A stretch of 64,000 nucleotides of DNA. It comes from Hyphomicrobiales bacterium (GTDB lineage: Bacteria; Pseudomonadota; Alphaproteobacteria; Rhizobiales; CBDCVD01). The position numbers were made by a program, and so were the translations under genes. The notes under the pieces are model-generated. The model ran no database searches. It was not told the origin of the DNA and saw only the letters and a list, made by a program, of their open reading frames with translations. Of the stretch, positions 36,533 through 45,556 are shown piece after piece (the first letter of the stretch is position 1; every line of letters begins with the position of its first letter). The DNA lies in contig OZ245032.1 of NCBI GenBank assembly GCA_965224015.1, positions 1,516,354 through 1,580,353 of the forward strand, in the 5' to 3' direction.

Positions 36533-37405
36533 ATGACGGTACTGGGCAACAAGTTTCTTACCAAGATTGGTGCCTTTCTGGTTCGCGCCCTGGAGCGTGA
36601 GGACAGCCGCTACACCCCTTACACCCCCTTTGATATTGCGACTTTAAGGCGCGTTTTGCGGCCAGGAGATGTCATTCTAATTGAAGGCAACCAGCGCATT
36701 TCATCAATCATCAAATACCTGACCCAATCGACCTGGTCCCATGCCGCACTCTATATCGGGGCGCATCAGGACCTTACGGAGCGCATGAAAAGCGCGGACA
36801 CACCCTCACAGGAAAACCCGACAGACCCGACAAGCACGGACAACGCACCCAACGCGCCACCTGAGGATACGCTTTGGCTGATCGAAGTGCTCATGGCTGA
36901 TGGATGCATTTGCGTGCCGTTGTCCAAGTACGCCACGTATAACATCCGTATTTGCCGCCCCGTGGGGCTTTCAAACGACGATATCGATACCATTGTCGAT
37001 TTTATGATTGGCAAGATCGGAACCCACTATGACCTGAAGAACATTATCGATATGCTGCGGTACTTCATCCGTCTGCCGTTGCCGGCGGCGTATCGTCGCA
37101 GGGCGATTGCCTTTGGTGCCGGGGATCCCACCCGCGCCATTTGTTCGACACTCATTGCCCAGGCCTTTCAACGGGTTCGCTATCCCGTACTACCCATCAT
37201 CGAGAACCGTGACGATTATTCATCAATTGTCAAAAGTTCGTATTCGCGGCCGGAAATCATGCATATTCGCCATCACTCGCTCTATGCACCGCGGGACTTT
37301 GACTTATCACCGTATTTTCGCGTGGTAAAACCAACCCTGGAGACAGGATTTGACTACAAGACCCTGCAATGGAGCGATCAAGGGCTCCTTAATGTCGATC
37401 CGTGA
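36533..37405 (+). CDS. YiiX/YaeF-like permuted papain-fold protein (putative amidase or lipid-modifying enzyme)
   Basis: N-terminal His motif (STWSHAALYIG) and C-terminal Cys motif (AICSTLIAQAF), in the circularly permuted order seen in the YiiX family. Confidence 0.45.
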   Translation: MTVLGNKFLTKIGAFLVRALEREDSRYTPYTPFDIATLRRVLRPGDVILIEGNQRISSIIKYLTQSTWSHAALYIGAHQDLTERMKSADTPSQENPTDPTSTDNAPNAPPEDTLWLIEVLMADGCICVPLSKYATYNIRICRPVGLSNDDIDTIVDFMIGKIGTHYDLKNIIDMLRYFIRLPLPAAYRRRAIAFGAGDPTRAICSTLIAQAFQRVRYPVLPIIENRDDYSSIVKSSYSRPEIMHIRHHSLYAPRDFDLSPYFRVVKPTLETGFDYKTLQWSDQGLLNVDP

Positions 37406-37732
37406 CATGGTTTGGTCATCCGGGCCTTGCTATTAACTGGCTAGCCAGGTGGTCAATAGACGTTTCCATCTGGAAAGATTATTGAAAATTTAATCAGAGA
37501 ATGCATTTGCGGCACAACATAATCTTAAAGTTGTTATTTTGCCCTTGACTCAAAGGAGAAAAATATGCTCGCATAAAGCGCACTGTTGACCGAACTTGAC
37601 TATGCGCAAAAAAAGCGTTTGCTCCGTATTTTTCCACATGGTAATTTAACGTCCTTAGTTGAGGGAGTGGAATGCGTAGTCGTGAGCTGTTGGTCAGCAA
37701 AAGTCCACGAACCCTAAATGATGGAGTAAACA

Positions 37733-37921
37733 ATGACACCCTTGCAAATTGCGCTGGAGCGTATTGATAATACGCGCAATGAGATTGAAAATCTTCGCGC
37801 TGAAATTCAAACGCTGGAACAGTTCGTCGCTCTTTATAAAAAGCTTGCCGAGGAACAAAACCAAGCACCGGTCAATAAAAGCAATTCGAAAACCGCTAAT
37901 GGTGTTCACAGTTCCTATTAG
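37733..37921 (+). CDS. Small coiled-coil protein (62 aa), hypothetical
   Basis: GGAG is 7 nt upstream of the ATG. The protein is helical (ERIDNTRNEIENLRAEIQTLEQFVALYKKLAEE). Confidence 0.3.
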   Translation: MTPLQIALERIDNTRNEIENLRAEIQTLEQFVALYKKLAEEQNQAPVNKSNSKTANGVHSSY

Positions 37922-38343
37922 CGCCTGTTGTCGGTGTGGTTTGACGGCAGATCAGGAACTGGGTGATCGCCTTGTCCCCATTGGGTAGAGCCAGGGCTTC
38001 CTTTAGAAGCGGGTCGGCGCAGACGTGGGCGACAAGGGCGGCAATGCGAGCGCCATGTGTGTGGATCCAGACTTGGAAGGACCCAAGTGAATTGTTTGAA
38101 TGATGCGTTTGGCAACTGACAGGCGGCGCAACGCGAGTTACGTCGCTTTTGTTTTGCCTGCTTTCAGAAGAAAATCCGGCCGTGACAAGTGAAAACGTCT
38201 GAGGCGACGGTTTTGAACCTACCTGTATCCCAGGAGTCAAATGCAAAGGCCCTTGATATTATATGGGATGGTATTTGTATCGACAAGAAAAACCGCGCTG
38301 CGGTCATCTCAAGCATATTCGGCTTGCGGGGGTACCCGTGCTG

Positions 38344-39045
38344 TCAGGCGCTCTCGCGGATATCCTGCTCATCCGGCTCACGCAAAACATATCCGCGTCC
38401 CCAGACGGTCTCAATGTAGTTTCTGCCATCGGTGGCAGCTGAGAGCTTTTTACGCAGCTTACAAATAAAGACGTCAATAATTTTAAGTTCCGGCTCGTCC
38501 ATGCCCCCGTAGAGATGATTGAGAAACATCTCCTTGGTTAAGGTTGTCCCTTTGCGCAGCGAAAGCAGCTCAAGCATCTGATATTCCTTGCCCGTCAAAT
38601 GCACCCGCTGGCCATTGACTTCAACGGTCTTGGTATCAAGATTGACGCGCAGTTCACCGGTTTGGATCACCGATTGGGCATGGCCCTTGGAGCGGCGCAC
38701 GATCGCGTTGATCCGCGCAACAAGCTCGTCTTTGTGGAAGGGTTTGGTCATATAGTCGTCGGCACCAAAGCCCAGACCCCGGACCTTGTCTTCAATACCT
38801 GCCAATCCTGAAAGGATGAGAATGGGGGTTTTGACCTTGGAAACCCGAAGTGTCCGTAGCACTTCATAGCCGCTCATATCCGGCAGGTTCAGGTCGAGAA
38901 GAATAATGTCATAGTCATACAATTTGCCGAGATCAATGCCCTCTTCGCCCAAGTCGGTTGTATAGATGTTAAAACCCTCAGATTTCAACATTAACTCTAT
39001 GCTTTGCGCCGTGGCACCATCGTCTTCGACTAATAACACTCGCAT
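38344..39045 (-). CDS. ctrA: Cell-cycle master response regulator CtrA
   Basis: Near-identical to canonical CtrA over its length (MRVLLVEDD...[44 protein letters not shown]...GYVLREP). Confidence 0.9.
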   Translation of the reverse strand: MRVLLVEDDGATAQSIELMLKSEGFNIYTTDLGEEGIDLGKLYDYDIILLDLNLPDMSGYEVLRTLRVSKVKTPILILSGLAGIEDKVRGLGFGADDYMTKPFHKDELVARINAIVRRSKGHAQSVIQTGELRVNLDTKTVEVNGQRVHLTGKEYQMLELLSLRKGTTLTKEMFLNHLYGGMDEPELKIIDVFICKLRKKLSAATDGRNYIETVWGRGYVLREPDEQDIRESA

Positions 39046-39615
39046 GCCGGTCCCCTTACGTCGTCCTTGCCGTACCTTACTAATATGATTTCCACGGCGG
39101 TCTAAGTTGGAAAGCCCGATTCGCAGGCTATACCGAAATGGTTAACAAAAACTGATTCACCAACGCAAGGGTTAATAACCCTGCGCCCTGGTTTTCCCCC
39201 AACACTTTGATTCAGCATCTAGATTCGCAACTATATTTATTAACTTCTTACTTTAAAAAAAGCCAATAAACGACTCAAACCATTCTTCTAATAAGCGCTT
39301 TTGTTTAAGCACCAGTGATTTACCGGACTTTAAGGCCTTTGCGCCATCATTAACGCTAGACGTAAATGAAGTGTTACGATTTAGAGTCATCAAGCGTCTT
39401 TATCGTGTGCATGGGACGTTTCGAACATGTCTTATTCCGGGTACTGGGAGGTCAGCTTGATTGCCGGGCGAAAAGGGCCAACTGGTCATGCCCGTTAATA
39501 GAGAGACCCAGCTCAATCTGCAGGGAATTGCTGCTGAACACCCCATATCGCACAGCCAGACCCAAATCTCCTTCAAGCGATTAGGACCACGGGACCCGCT
39601 TGAGGTGTTCGTTAT

Positions 39616-39719
39616 AAAACCAAGGGTCCTTAACAATGACTCATGGCTTAGCGTCAAGTCAGTATGTTATCAAGGCAGTACACCAGTCGGCGTGTCTATA
39701 AAGCCAATACCGCTGGTAT
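39616..39719 (-). repeat. MITE family A copy (reverse orientation)
   Basis: accaagggtcc...aagccaataccgctggtat. Confidence 0.8.
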
Positions 39720-39742
39720 AAATCTGTGACAGTTGATCGTTT

Positions 39743-40171
39743 TTGTTTGGAGTAACAATCATGAAGTCGCGTGAGAACATAATACAACTAAAAAAATTCC
39801 AGGTGGACGAAAACAAGCGAAGCATTGAACAAATTGAAGCGATGATCGCCGATTTTGACCGTATGGCACAGGAACTGATGACTCAGATCGAGTCAGAACA
39901 AAGCCGTACCGGAATTACCGACAGTAATCACTACGCCTATTCCACATTTGCCAAGGCGGCGGTTGAGCGTCATAAAAACCTTCAGGACTCCATTGCCGGG
40001 TTGAAAGAACAGCAGGAGAAGGCGCAGGGCGCGCTGGAAGAATCCCTCGCGGAGCTGCGCAAATATGAAAAAATTGAAGAGCGCGATCAATCTTCTGATG
40101 TCGGCAACACGCCAGATCCGGAGCAGGAAATGATCGACGCCTTTGGAATCAAAACCATCAGCTACCGATAA
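39743..40171 (+). CDS. fliJ: Flagellar export chaperone FliJ-like coiled-coil protein
   Basis: 142-aa all-helical protein (IQLKKFQVDENKRSIEQIEAMIADFDRMAQEL...). As established knowledge, ctrA is often adjacent to a fliJ-like gene in Rhizobiales. Confidence 0.5.
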   Translation: MFGVTIMKSRENIIQLKKFQVDENKRSIEQIEAMIADFDRMAQELMTQIESEQSRTGITDSNHYAYSTFAKAAVERHKNLQDSIAGLKEQQEKAQGALEESLAELRKYEKIEERDQSSDVGNTPDPEQEMIDAFGIKTISYR

Positions 40172-40202
40172 TTCCTGGGAAGGCCTTGGGGCCAACGCTC
40201 TA

Positions 40203-40305
40203 ATACCAAGGGTCTTTAACAATGACCCATGGCTTAGCGTCAAGCAAGTATGTTATCAAGGCCGTACACCAGTCGGCGTGTATATAAAGCCAATACCGCT
40301 GGTAT
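40203..40305 (-). repeat. MITE family A copy (reverse orientation)
   Basis: ataccaagggtcttt...ccaataccgctggtat. Confidence 0.8.
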
Positions 40306-40314
40306 AACCTGCTA

Positions 40315-41055
40315 TCAGCACACAAGGCTACGCGCAATGTCCCGGCGGCGTTTAACAGTCGTTACACAGCGGCGCTTGCTGGTAATTGTCAGATAGGACG
40401 CGCCCCTTGGCACCCCCACAGCGCTCACACCCACCGGGCCAACAAAGCGATGTGGAAAGATGGCCGCTATATCTATATTGCGCGATATCTGCTCTTTTTG
40501 CGTCCCTTTATGCGCAAATGTAACCTGCGTTGCCAGCGCATACTGGGCCTGATAGGAGCGCGTGAGCGCGCGAGCCGGCCAACGCCGTGCATTTGGCAAT
40601 CCCGGCACAGCCTGACGATAGACAGTGCCGATCAGACGAAGCAGCGTTCGAAAGTTTCGCAAGCTGATTTTTCTGTTCCGCACAATAAAACGTATGGTGT
40701 GTAAACGCTGATCAACGCCAGCCATGACAATTATGAATGGTGTGTTCGGGCGCTCAATCAGCCAGACTGTTTCTTTCGGCCCGACCTCCTGCTTTAGACG
40801 CCGTGCCAATGCGCGCCACTGCGCGCGCGTGCGCAACTTTCCTTGACGCTCATGATTGGCAAAACCTGCCGCCAGCGCCGCAGTTAAGTCATACATATCA
40901 CTTTTGGCGAACACTCTGGCCTTAACAAAGGGTTGTAGAACGGCCTCCTTGCTGATCGGCAATGAAAGCACGGACGTTCGCGCGTCCTGTGCCCCGGGGC
41001 TTGAAATGAGTGCGCCCCCGGCGATCAAGAAAGCCAGAACCCGTACCAGAGCCAT
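40315..41055 (-). CDS. Hypothetical secreted protein; the likely start is at the internal Met that precedes a signal peptide
   Basis: MALVRVLAFLIAGGALISSPGAQD looks like a signal peptide. The rest of the sequence has no motif I recognise. The ORF track extends it to 41181. Confidence 0.35.
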   Translation of the reverse strand: MALVRVLAFLIAGGALISSPGAQDARTSVLSLPISKEAVLQPFVKARVFAKSDMYDLTAALAAGFANHERQGKLRTRAQWRALARRLKQEVGPKETVWLIERPNTPFIIVMAGVDQRLHTIRFIVRNRKISLRNFRTLLRLIGTVYRQAVPGLPNARRWPARALTRSYQAQYALATQVTFAHKGTQKEQISRNIDIAAIFPHRFVGPVGVSAVGVPRGASYLTITSKRRCVTTVKRRRDIARSLVC

Positions 41056-41249
41056 CAAATGTGTCCGAGGATCATATCTGAACCCCTGCCCGTGTGTCCT
41101 GTTGTAGTAAGCCATGGGCCGTTCCTCCAGCATAAAACCGACAAGCGAAATGTCATAGCTGGCCACGTCTATTGACGACATGGCCAGCCCGCTCCCCCGG
41201 CTATGGGCAAGCGTAGACGATTGCGTCTTTCGTTATGGTTAATGCAAGG

Positions 41250-41290
41250 TTAGATCAGCATGGGGTTAGCTGTACCCATTTTGCTATAAA
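41250..41290. repeat. Family B palindromic element fragment
   Basis: tagatcagcatggggttagctgtacccattttgctata. Confidence 0.5.
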
Positions 41291-41490
41291 CACTTTTGCC
41301 TCCAGGCCGAACCGAAGAGGCGGGCAAAAGCGCGTGTGAGAGGTTGCAAACTTGCTTTACTATTAACCAGAAGTTGGCATTTCTTATAAATTTCTATACA
41401 AAATGCTTGTAACACAATAAAACGGGAGGTGATTTTTGCCGTTGGCACGCTCTCGGGCTGGCAACAGAGCCCCGAAGGCGCATCACGACC

Positions 41491-41764
41491 TAGAGCGTAT
41501 CAGGTTTTAATAGAACCATTCTGACGGAGCGATTTTGCGACAAGATGGGCCTTAAGTCTCGCAGGATATAGTGGGGCTATTTGCAAGAGGCTTAAGGCCC
41601 ATATTGGCGCAAAAGCGCCCGTCCCTTCGGGTTTCCGATTGGCGGACGCCCACGCCCAAGCCGCTCTCGAGAGATGGATAAACATCGCTCTTCGATCGCC
41701 TTGAGCGTGGTTCGCCTCGCCAATCAAGAAACAGAATTGATTCTATTAAGACCTGATACGCTCT
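41491..41764. repeat. Roughly 270-bp element bounded by long imperfect inverted repeats (30-45 bp) and containing nested hairpins
   Basis: Left tagagcgtatcaggttttaatagaaccattctg (41491..41523) pairs with right cagaattgattctattaagacctgatacgctcta (41732..41764). Internal hairpins gggccttaag...cttaaggccc and cgtcccttcgggtttccgattggcggacg. Confidence 0.6.
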
Positions 41765-41845
41765 ATGGGGTCGCACAGTATTTTGCGCTGTTTTGTTGTA
41801 TTGCGTATACGGTTGCCTGTTTGCGTTGAGTTAGGAGTAGCGGGC

Positions 41846-44641
41846 GTGGTCTCGGAGCGGGATATTGAGTACAGCAGATCCATTGGTGATCAGGTTCGCA
41901 AAACGACCTGCTACATGTGTGCCGGGCGCTGCGGTATTAATGTGCATTTGCGCAAAGGTAAGATCAACTACATCGAAGGCAACCGCGACCACCCGACGAA
42001 CAAAGGGGTGCTGTGCGCCAAGGGTGCAGCGGGTATCATGCAGCATTATTCGTCGGCACGCCTGCACGCTCCCCTGTTGCGCGTAGGAAAACGCGGTGAA
42101 AACAGGTTCAAGGAAATCAGTTGGAAAGAGGCCCTGGATGTTGCGCTTTCCTGGCTGCAGCCGATTCGCGAGACGGATCCGAAAAAACTCGCCTTTTTTA
42201 CAGGCCGTGACCAGTCCCAATCCCTGACATCCCTATGGGCACAGCAATTTGGTACGCTCAATTACGCCTCCCACGGGGGACTTTGTTCCGTCAATATGGC
42301 AGCGGCGGGAATTTACACGATTGGCGGCTCGTTCTGGGAATTTGGGCAGCCGGATTGGGATCATACGAAGTTGCTGTTGCTGTTTGGCGTAGCCGAGGAT
42401 CACGATTCCAATCCCATCAAGATGGGGCTTGCGAAAGTGCGTGATAACGGATCGCGCATTGTCTCCATCAATCCCATAAAAACCGGCTACTCGGCAATTG
42501 CCGACGATTGGATCGGTATCCGCCCTGGGACCGATGGTTTGTTTATTCTCTCGCTTGTTCACGAACTGTTGCGTTTGCGCCGCGTCGATCTCGACTATCT
42601 GTTGCGCTATACCAACGCCCCGTGGCTGATTACGATTGATCCCGGAGGCCCGAACGACGGCATGTTCGCACGTAACGATGCCGGCACGCCGCTGGTTATC
42701 GATCGCAAGACCAAAAATCTGGTGCCCTTCAACGCAGACATCCAGCCAGCCCTGCATGGAACTGTTACCACATATGATGGCAATCGGGCGATGCCCGTCT
42801 TTGAAATCATGGCGGGGCAATATCTGGACAAGCGCTACGCACCCGAGACGGTGGCCCCGATAACCGGCGTCGAGGCGCGAACGATCCGTAATCTGGCCAT
42901 TGAGCTGGCCCGGGTCGCATTTGAAGAGGAAATTCGTATTCCTCAGCGATGGCTTGACGTGCGTGGCAATGTCCACGCGCATTTTATCGGGCGTCCCGTA
43001 TCCGTGCACGCCATGCGTGGCATTGCTGCCCATTCCAATGGCTTTCAAACCTGCCGGGCATTACACATTTTGCAGCTTCTGCTGGGCAGTGTCGATTGCC
43101 CGGGGGGATTTCGTTTTAAGCCTCCTGATCCCAGGCCCCATTACCTGCAAAACCGCCCAGGACGACCGCAAGGGCGTTATTCCTCGGGCAAGCCTCTTGA
43201 TAATCCCCCTCTTGGATATCCGCGCGGACCTGAGGATTTGCTCGTCGATGAAAACGCCAAGGCCCTGCGCATCGACAAGGCCTTCTCCTGGGAGGCCCCT
43301 CTGGCCGTTCACGGCATGATGCATACGGTGATCGCCAACGCCCACGCTGGTGATCCCTACCCTATTGATACGTTGTTTCTCTATATGTCCAACCTGGCAT
43401 GGAATTCGACGATGAACACCCGAGAGGGGCTGCACATGCTCGTCGACCAGGACGCGGCAACCGGCGAATACCGGATCCCCCATATAATTTGCAGTGACGC
43501 ATATGCTTCGGAGATGGTCGCTTATGCCGACCTGGTGCTGCCGGACACAACCTATCTGGAGCGTCACGATTGCCTTTCGCTTAACGATCAGCCTATCGGG
43601 AATCCGGATCTGTTGGCCGATGCGGTTCGCTGGCCGGTGGTTCAGCCGGACCGGGATGTGCGCGGATTTCAGTCGGTCCTGATTGATCTGGGCGCCAGGC
43701 TGGGCTTACCGGCGTTTACCGATCAACAGGGAGCGCCGCGCTACAGGGATTATGCGGATTATATGGTTAATCATCAGCCTCGTGCGGGAACTGGCGCCCT
43801 TGCCGGCTGGCGCGGAGACGGAGGGCTGGATACGGGCCGAGGCGCACCCAATCCCGACCAGTTGGATGCCTATATTATCAATGGCGGCTATTGGAGCCAG
43901 CCACTCCCCGAGGACGCGCGCTATTTCAAACACGCCAATCAGGCTTATCAGGATTTTGCCACCCGCATGGGATTGATCGAAGCCGCATCCCCGGCGATCT
44001 TTCAGCTTTATTCGGATGTCTTGCAAAAATTCCGGCTTGCCGCACTGGGACACGGTCCGGTACAACCTCCGGCATCGCTGCGCAGTCAGATTGAGCGGTA
44101 CTTCTCTCCCCTTGCACAGTGGTATCCCCCCCTTGAGGGTAGTCTTATTGATGATCATGACTATCCGCTGCACGCGCTGACCCAACGGCCTATGGCGATG
44201 TACAATTCCTGGGGCTCGCAAAATACCTGGCTACGCCAAATTCACTCCCATAATGTCCTTCATGTCCCCGCCCGGGTTTGCAACGAGCAAAACCTGAAAT
44301 CCGGCGACTGGGTTTGGGTGGTCTCCCATCATGGGCGTGTCAAGGTCATGATCAAACGTATTGAGGGCGGGAGCGAACACACCGTCTGGACCTGGAACGC
44401 CATTGGCAAGAAGCCGGGCGCATGGCGGTTGTCCGCTGATGCCGACGAGGCGCGACAGGGCTTTCTTCTTAATCATCTTGTGCACGAGTTATTGCCAGCA
44501 CGCGGGGCGCGACAGCGATGGCTGAATGCCGACCCCGTGACAGGGCAAGCGGCGTGGTTCGACTTGCGGGTACGCCTGGAGAAAACCGCGCCCGGCGACA
44601 GGATCACGGAACCCGTGTTCCCGGCGCAGATGCCCCTATAG
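41846..44641 (+). CDS. Molybdopterin oxidoreductase catalytic subunit of a complex iron-sulfur molybdoenzyme. It has no Tat signal and is SoeA-like (a putative cytoplasm-facing sulfite dehydrogenase)
   Basis: N-terminal FeS motif CYMCAGRCG, then a molybdopterin-binding fold of about 930 aa. No RRxF twin-arginine motif. A GTG start at 41846 sits 9 nt downstream of AGGAG; the ATG at 41765 adds a non-signal extension. Confidence 0.55.
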   Translation: MVSERDIEYSRSIGDQVRKTTCYMCAGRCGINVHLRKGKINYIEGNRDHPTNKGVLCAKGAAGIMQHYSSARLHAPLLRVGKRGENRFKEISWKEALDVALSWLQPIRETDPKKLAFFTGRDQSQSLTSLWAQQFGTLNYASHGGLCSVNMAAAGIYTIGGSFWEFGQPDWDHTKLLLLFGVAEDHDSNPIKMGLAKVRDNGSRIVSINPIKTGYSAIADDWIGIRPGTDGLFILSLVHELLRLRRVDLDYLLRYTNAPWLITIDPGGPNDGMFARNDAGTPLVIDRKTKNLVPFNADIQPALHGTVTTYDGNRAMPVFEIMAGQYLDKRYAPETVAPITGVEARTIRNLAIELARVAFEEEIRIPQRWLDVRGNVHAHFIGRPVSVHAMRGIAAHSNGFQTCRALHILQLLLGSVDCPGGFRFKPPDPRPHYLQNRPGRPQGRYSSGKPLDNPPLGYPRGPEDLLVDENAKALRIDKAFSWEAPLAVHGMMHTVIANAHAGDPYPIDTLFLYMSNLAWNSTMNTREGLHMLVDQDAATGEYRIPHIICSDAYASEMVAYADLVLPDTTYLERHDCLSLNDQPIGNPDLLADAVRWPVVQPDRDVRGFQSVLIDLGARLGLPAFTDQQGAPRYRDYADYMVNHQPRAGTGALAGWRGDGGLDTGRGAPNPDQLDAYIINGGYWSQPLPEDARYFKHANQAYQDFATRMGLIEAASPAIFQLYSDVLQKFRLAALGHGPVQPPASLRSQIERYFSPLAQWYPPLEGSLIDDHDYPLHALTQRPMAMYNSWGSQNTWLRQIHSHNVLHVPARVCNEQNLKSGDWVWVVSHHGRVKVMIKRIEGGSEHTVWTWNAIGKKPGAWRLSADADEARQGFLLNHLVHELLPARGARQRWLNADPVTGQAAWFDLRVRLEKTAPGDRITEPVFPAQMPL

Positions 44642-44712
44642 CTGGGGTGAGGCGCTTTGGACCCCACACGGATCGCCGCTAAGTGAATTTTGCTCGAAAC
44701 CGAGGAAACAGT

Positions 44713-45507
44713 ATGACGACTTTGCCACCCTTAGGTGACAGAAAATTGGGCCTGGTGATTGATCTGGACATTTGCGTTGGATGCCATGCGTGTGCCGTTA
44801 GTTGTAAGGCGTGGAACACCTTACCTCACAGCGCGCCGTTGCCAGATCAGGCCCCGAACGATAACGACACCGCAAACGCATGGGCGAACCGCATCCACAC
44901 GTATGAGATCGACCGCGGTCAGGAGACGTTGACGGTTCATTTTCCCAAGTCATGCTTGCATTGTGAAGACGCGCCGTGCGTACGCGCCTGCCCTACGGGA
45001 GCATCCTACAAGCGCGAGGAGGACGGTATTGTCCTCATTGATGCGGATCGGTGCATCGGCTGTGGACTGTGTGCATGGAGTTGCCCCTATGGGGCCCTGG
45101 AGATGGATGCGGCTGAGGGTGTGATGACAAAATGCACCCTTTGCGTGGACCGGATTTACAATTTGGCCCTACAACCCGAGGATCGCGAGCCTGCCTGTGT
45201 GCGCACATGTCCAGCCAGTGCGCGTCATTTTGGAGATCTGAATGATCCAGGCTCTCACGTCTCGCGTTTGGTTGCGGAACGCGGGGGGCCGGATCTGATG
45301 CCGGAGATGGGAACAAAACCGGTCAACAAATACTTGCCCCCGCGCCGACGCCGCGGTCTTCATAAGACGGAGAACGTTTTCGTTGACGAAACGGGGCTCT
45401 TCGCGGACGCAGATTATCTGAACGCCAGAGGTGGAGGTATCGAGTCGTTTTTTGCTTGGGTTGACCGCACCCTGGATCGCCTTGGCGGGGATACGGTGCA
45501 ACGATGA
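44713..45507 (+). CDS. 4Fe-4S ferredoxin-type iron-sulfur subunit (PsrB/DmsB/SoeB-like)
   Basis: Multiple CxxCxxCxxxCP clusters (CVGCHACAVSCK, CLHCEDAPCVRACP, CIGCGLCAWSCP, CTLCVDR). GAGGA RBS upstream of the ATG at 44713. Confidence 0.7.
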   Translation: MTTLPPLGDRKLGLVIDLDICVGCHACAVSCKAWNTLPHSAPLPDQAPNDNDTANAWANRIHTYEIDRGQETLTVHFPKSCLHCEDAPCVRACPTGASYKREEDGIVLIDADRCIGCGLCAWSCPYGALEMDAAEGVMTKCTLCVDRIYNLALQPEDREPACVRTCPASARHFGDLNDPGSHVSRLVAERGGPDLMPEMGTKPVNKYLPPRRRRGLHKTENVFVDETGLFADADYLNARGGGIESFFAWVDRTLDRLGGDTVQR

Positions 45508-45556
45508 CATTAATCGCGCCATATGGCATAGATGCTGATTTAAGAAGATAAAGCCT

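Noticed and set aside
39400-40243. Short ORFs beginning MTLSHESLL(K/R)TLG... (39400..39657, 39893..40243, 50346..50780, 50435..50653, 51363..51653)
   Set aside because: Each starts inside a reverse-orientation family A MITE copy; the conserved peptide is a translation of the repeat, not a gene family.
41765-41845. ATG at 41765 as the start of the molybdoenzyme catalytic subunit
   Set aside because: The 27 extra residues (MGSHSILRCFVVLRIRLPVCVELGVAG) are neither a Tat nor a Sec signal. They overlap the right arm of the inverted-repeat element. The GTG at 41846, with AGGAG 9 nt upstream, is more plausible.
42233-44221. Antisense ORFs within the molybdoenzyme catalytic subunit gene (42233..43048, 43061..43567, 43706..44221)
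   Set aside because: Opposite-strand frames of a conserved 930-aa enzyme, with no RBS and no domain similarity.
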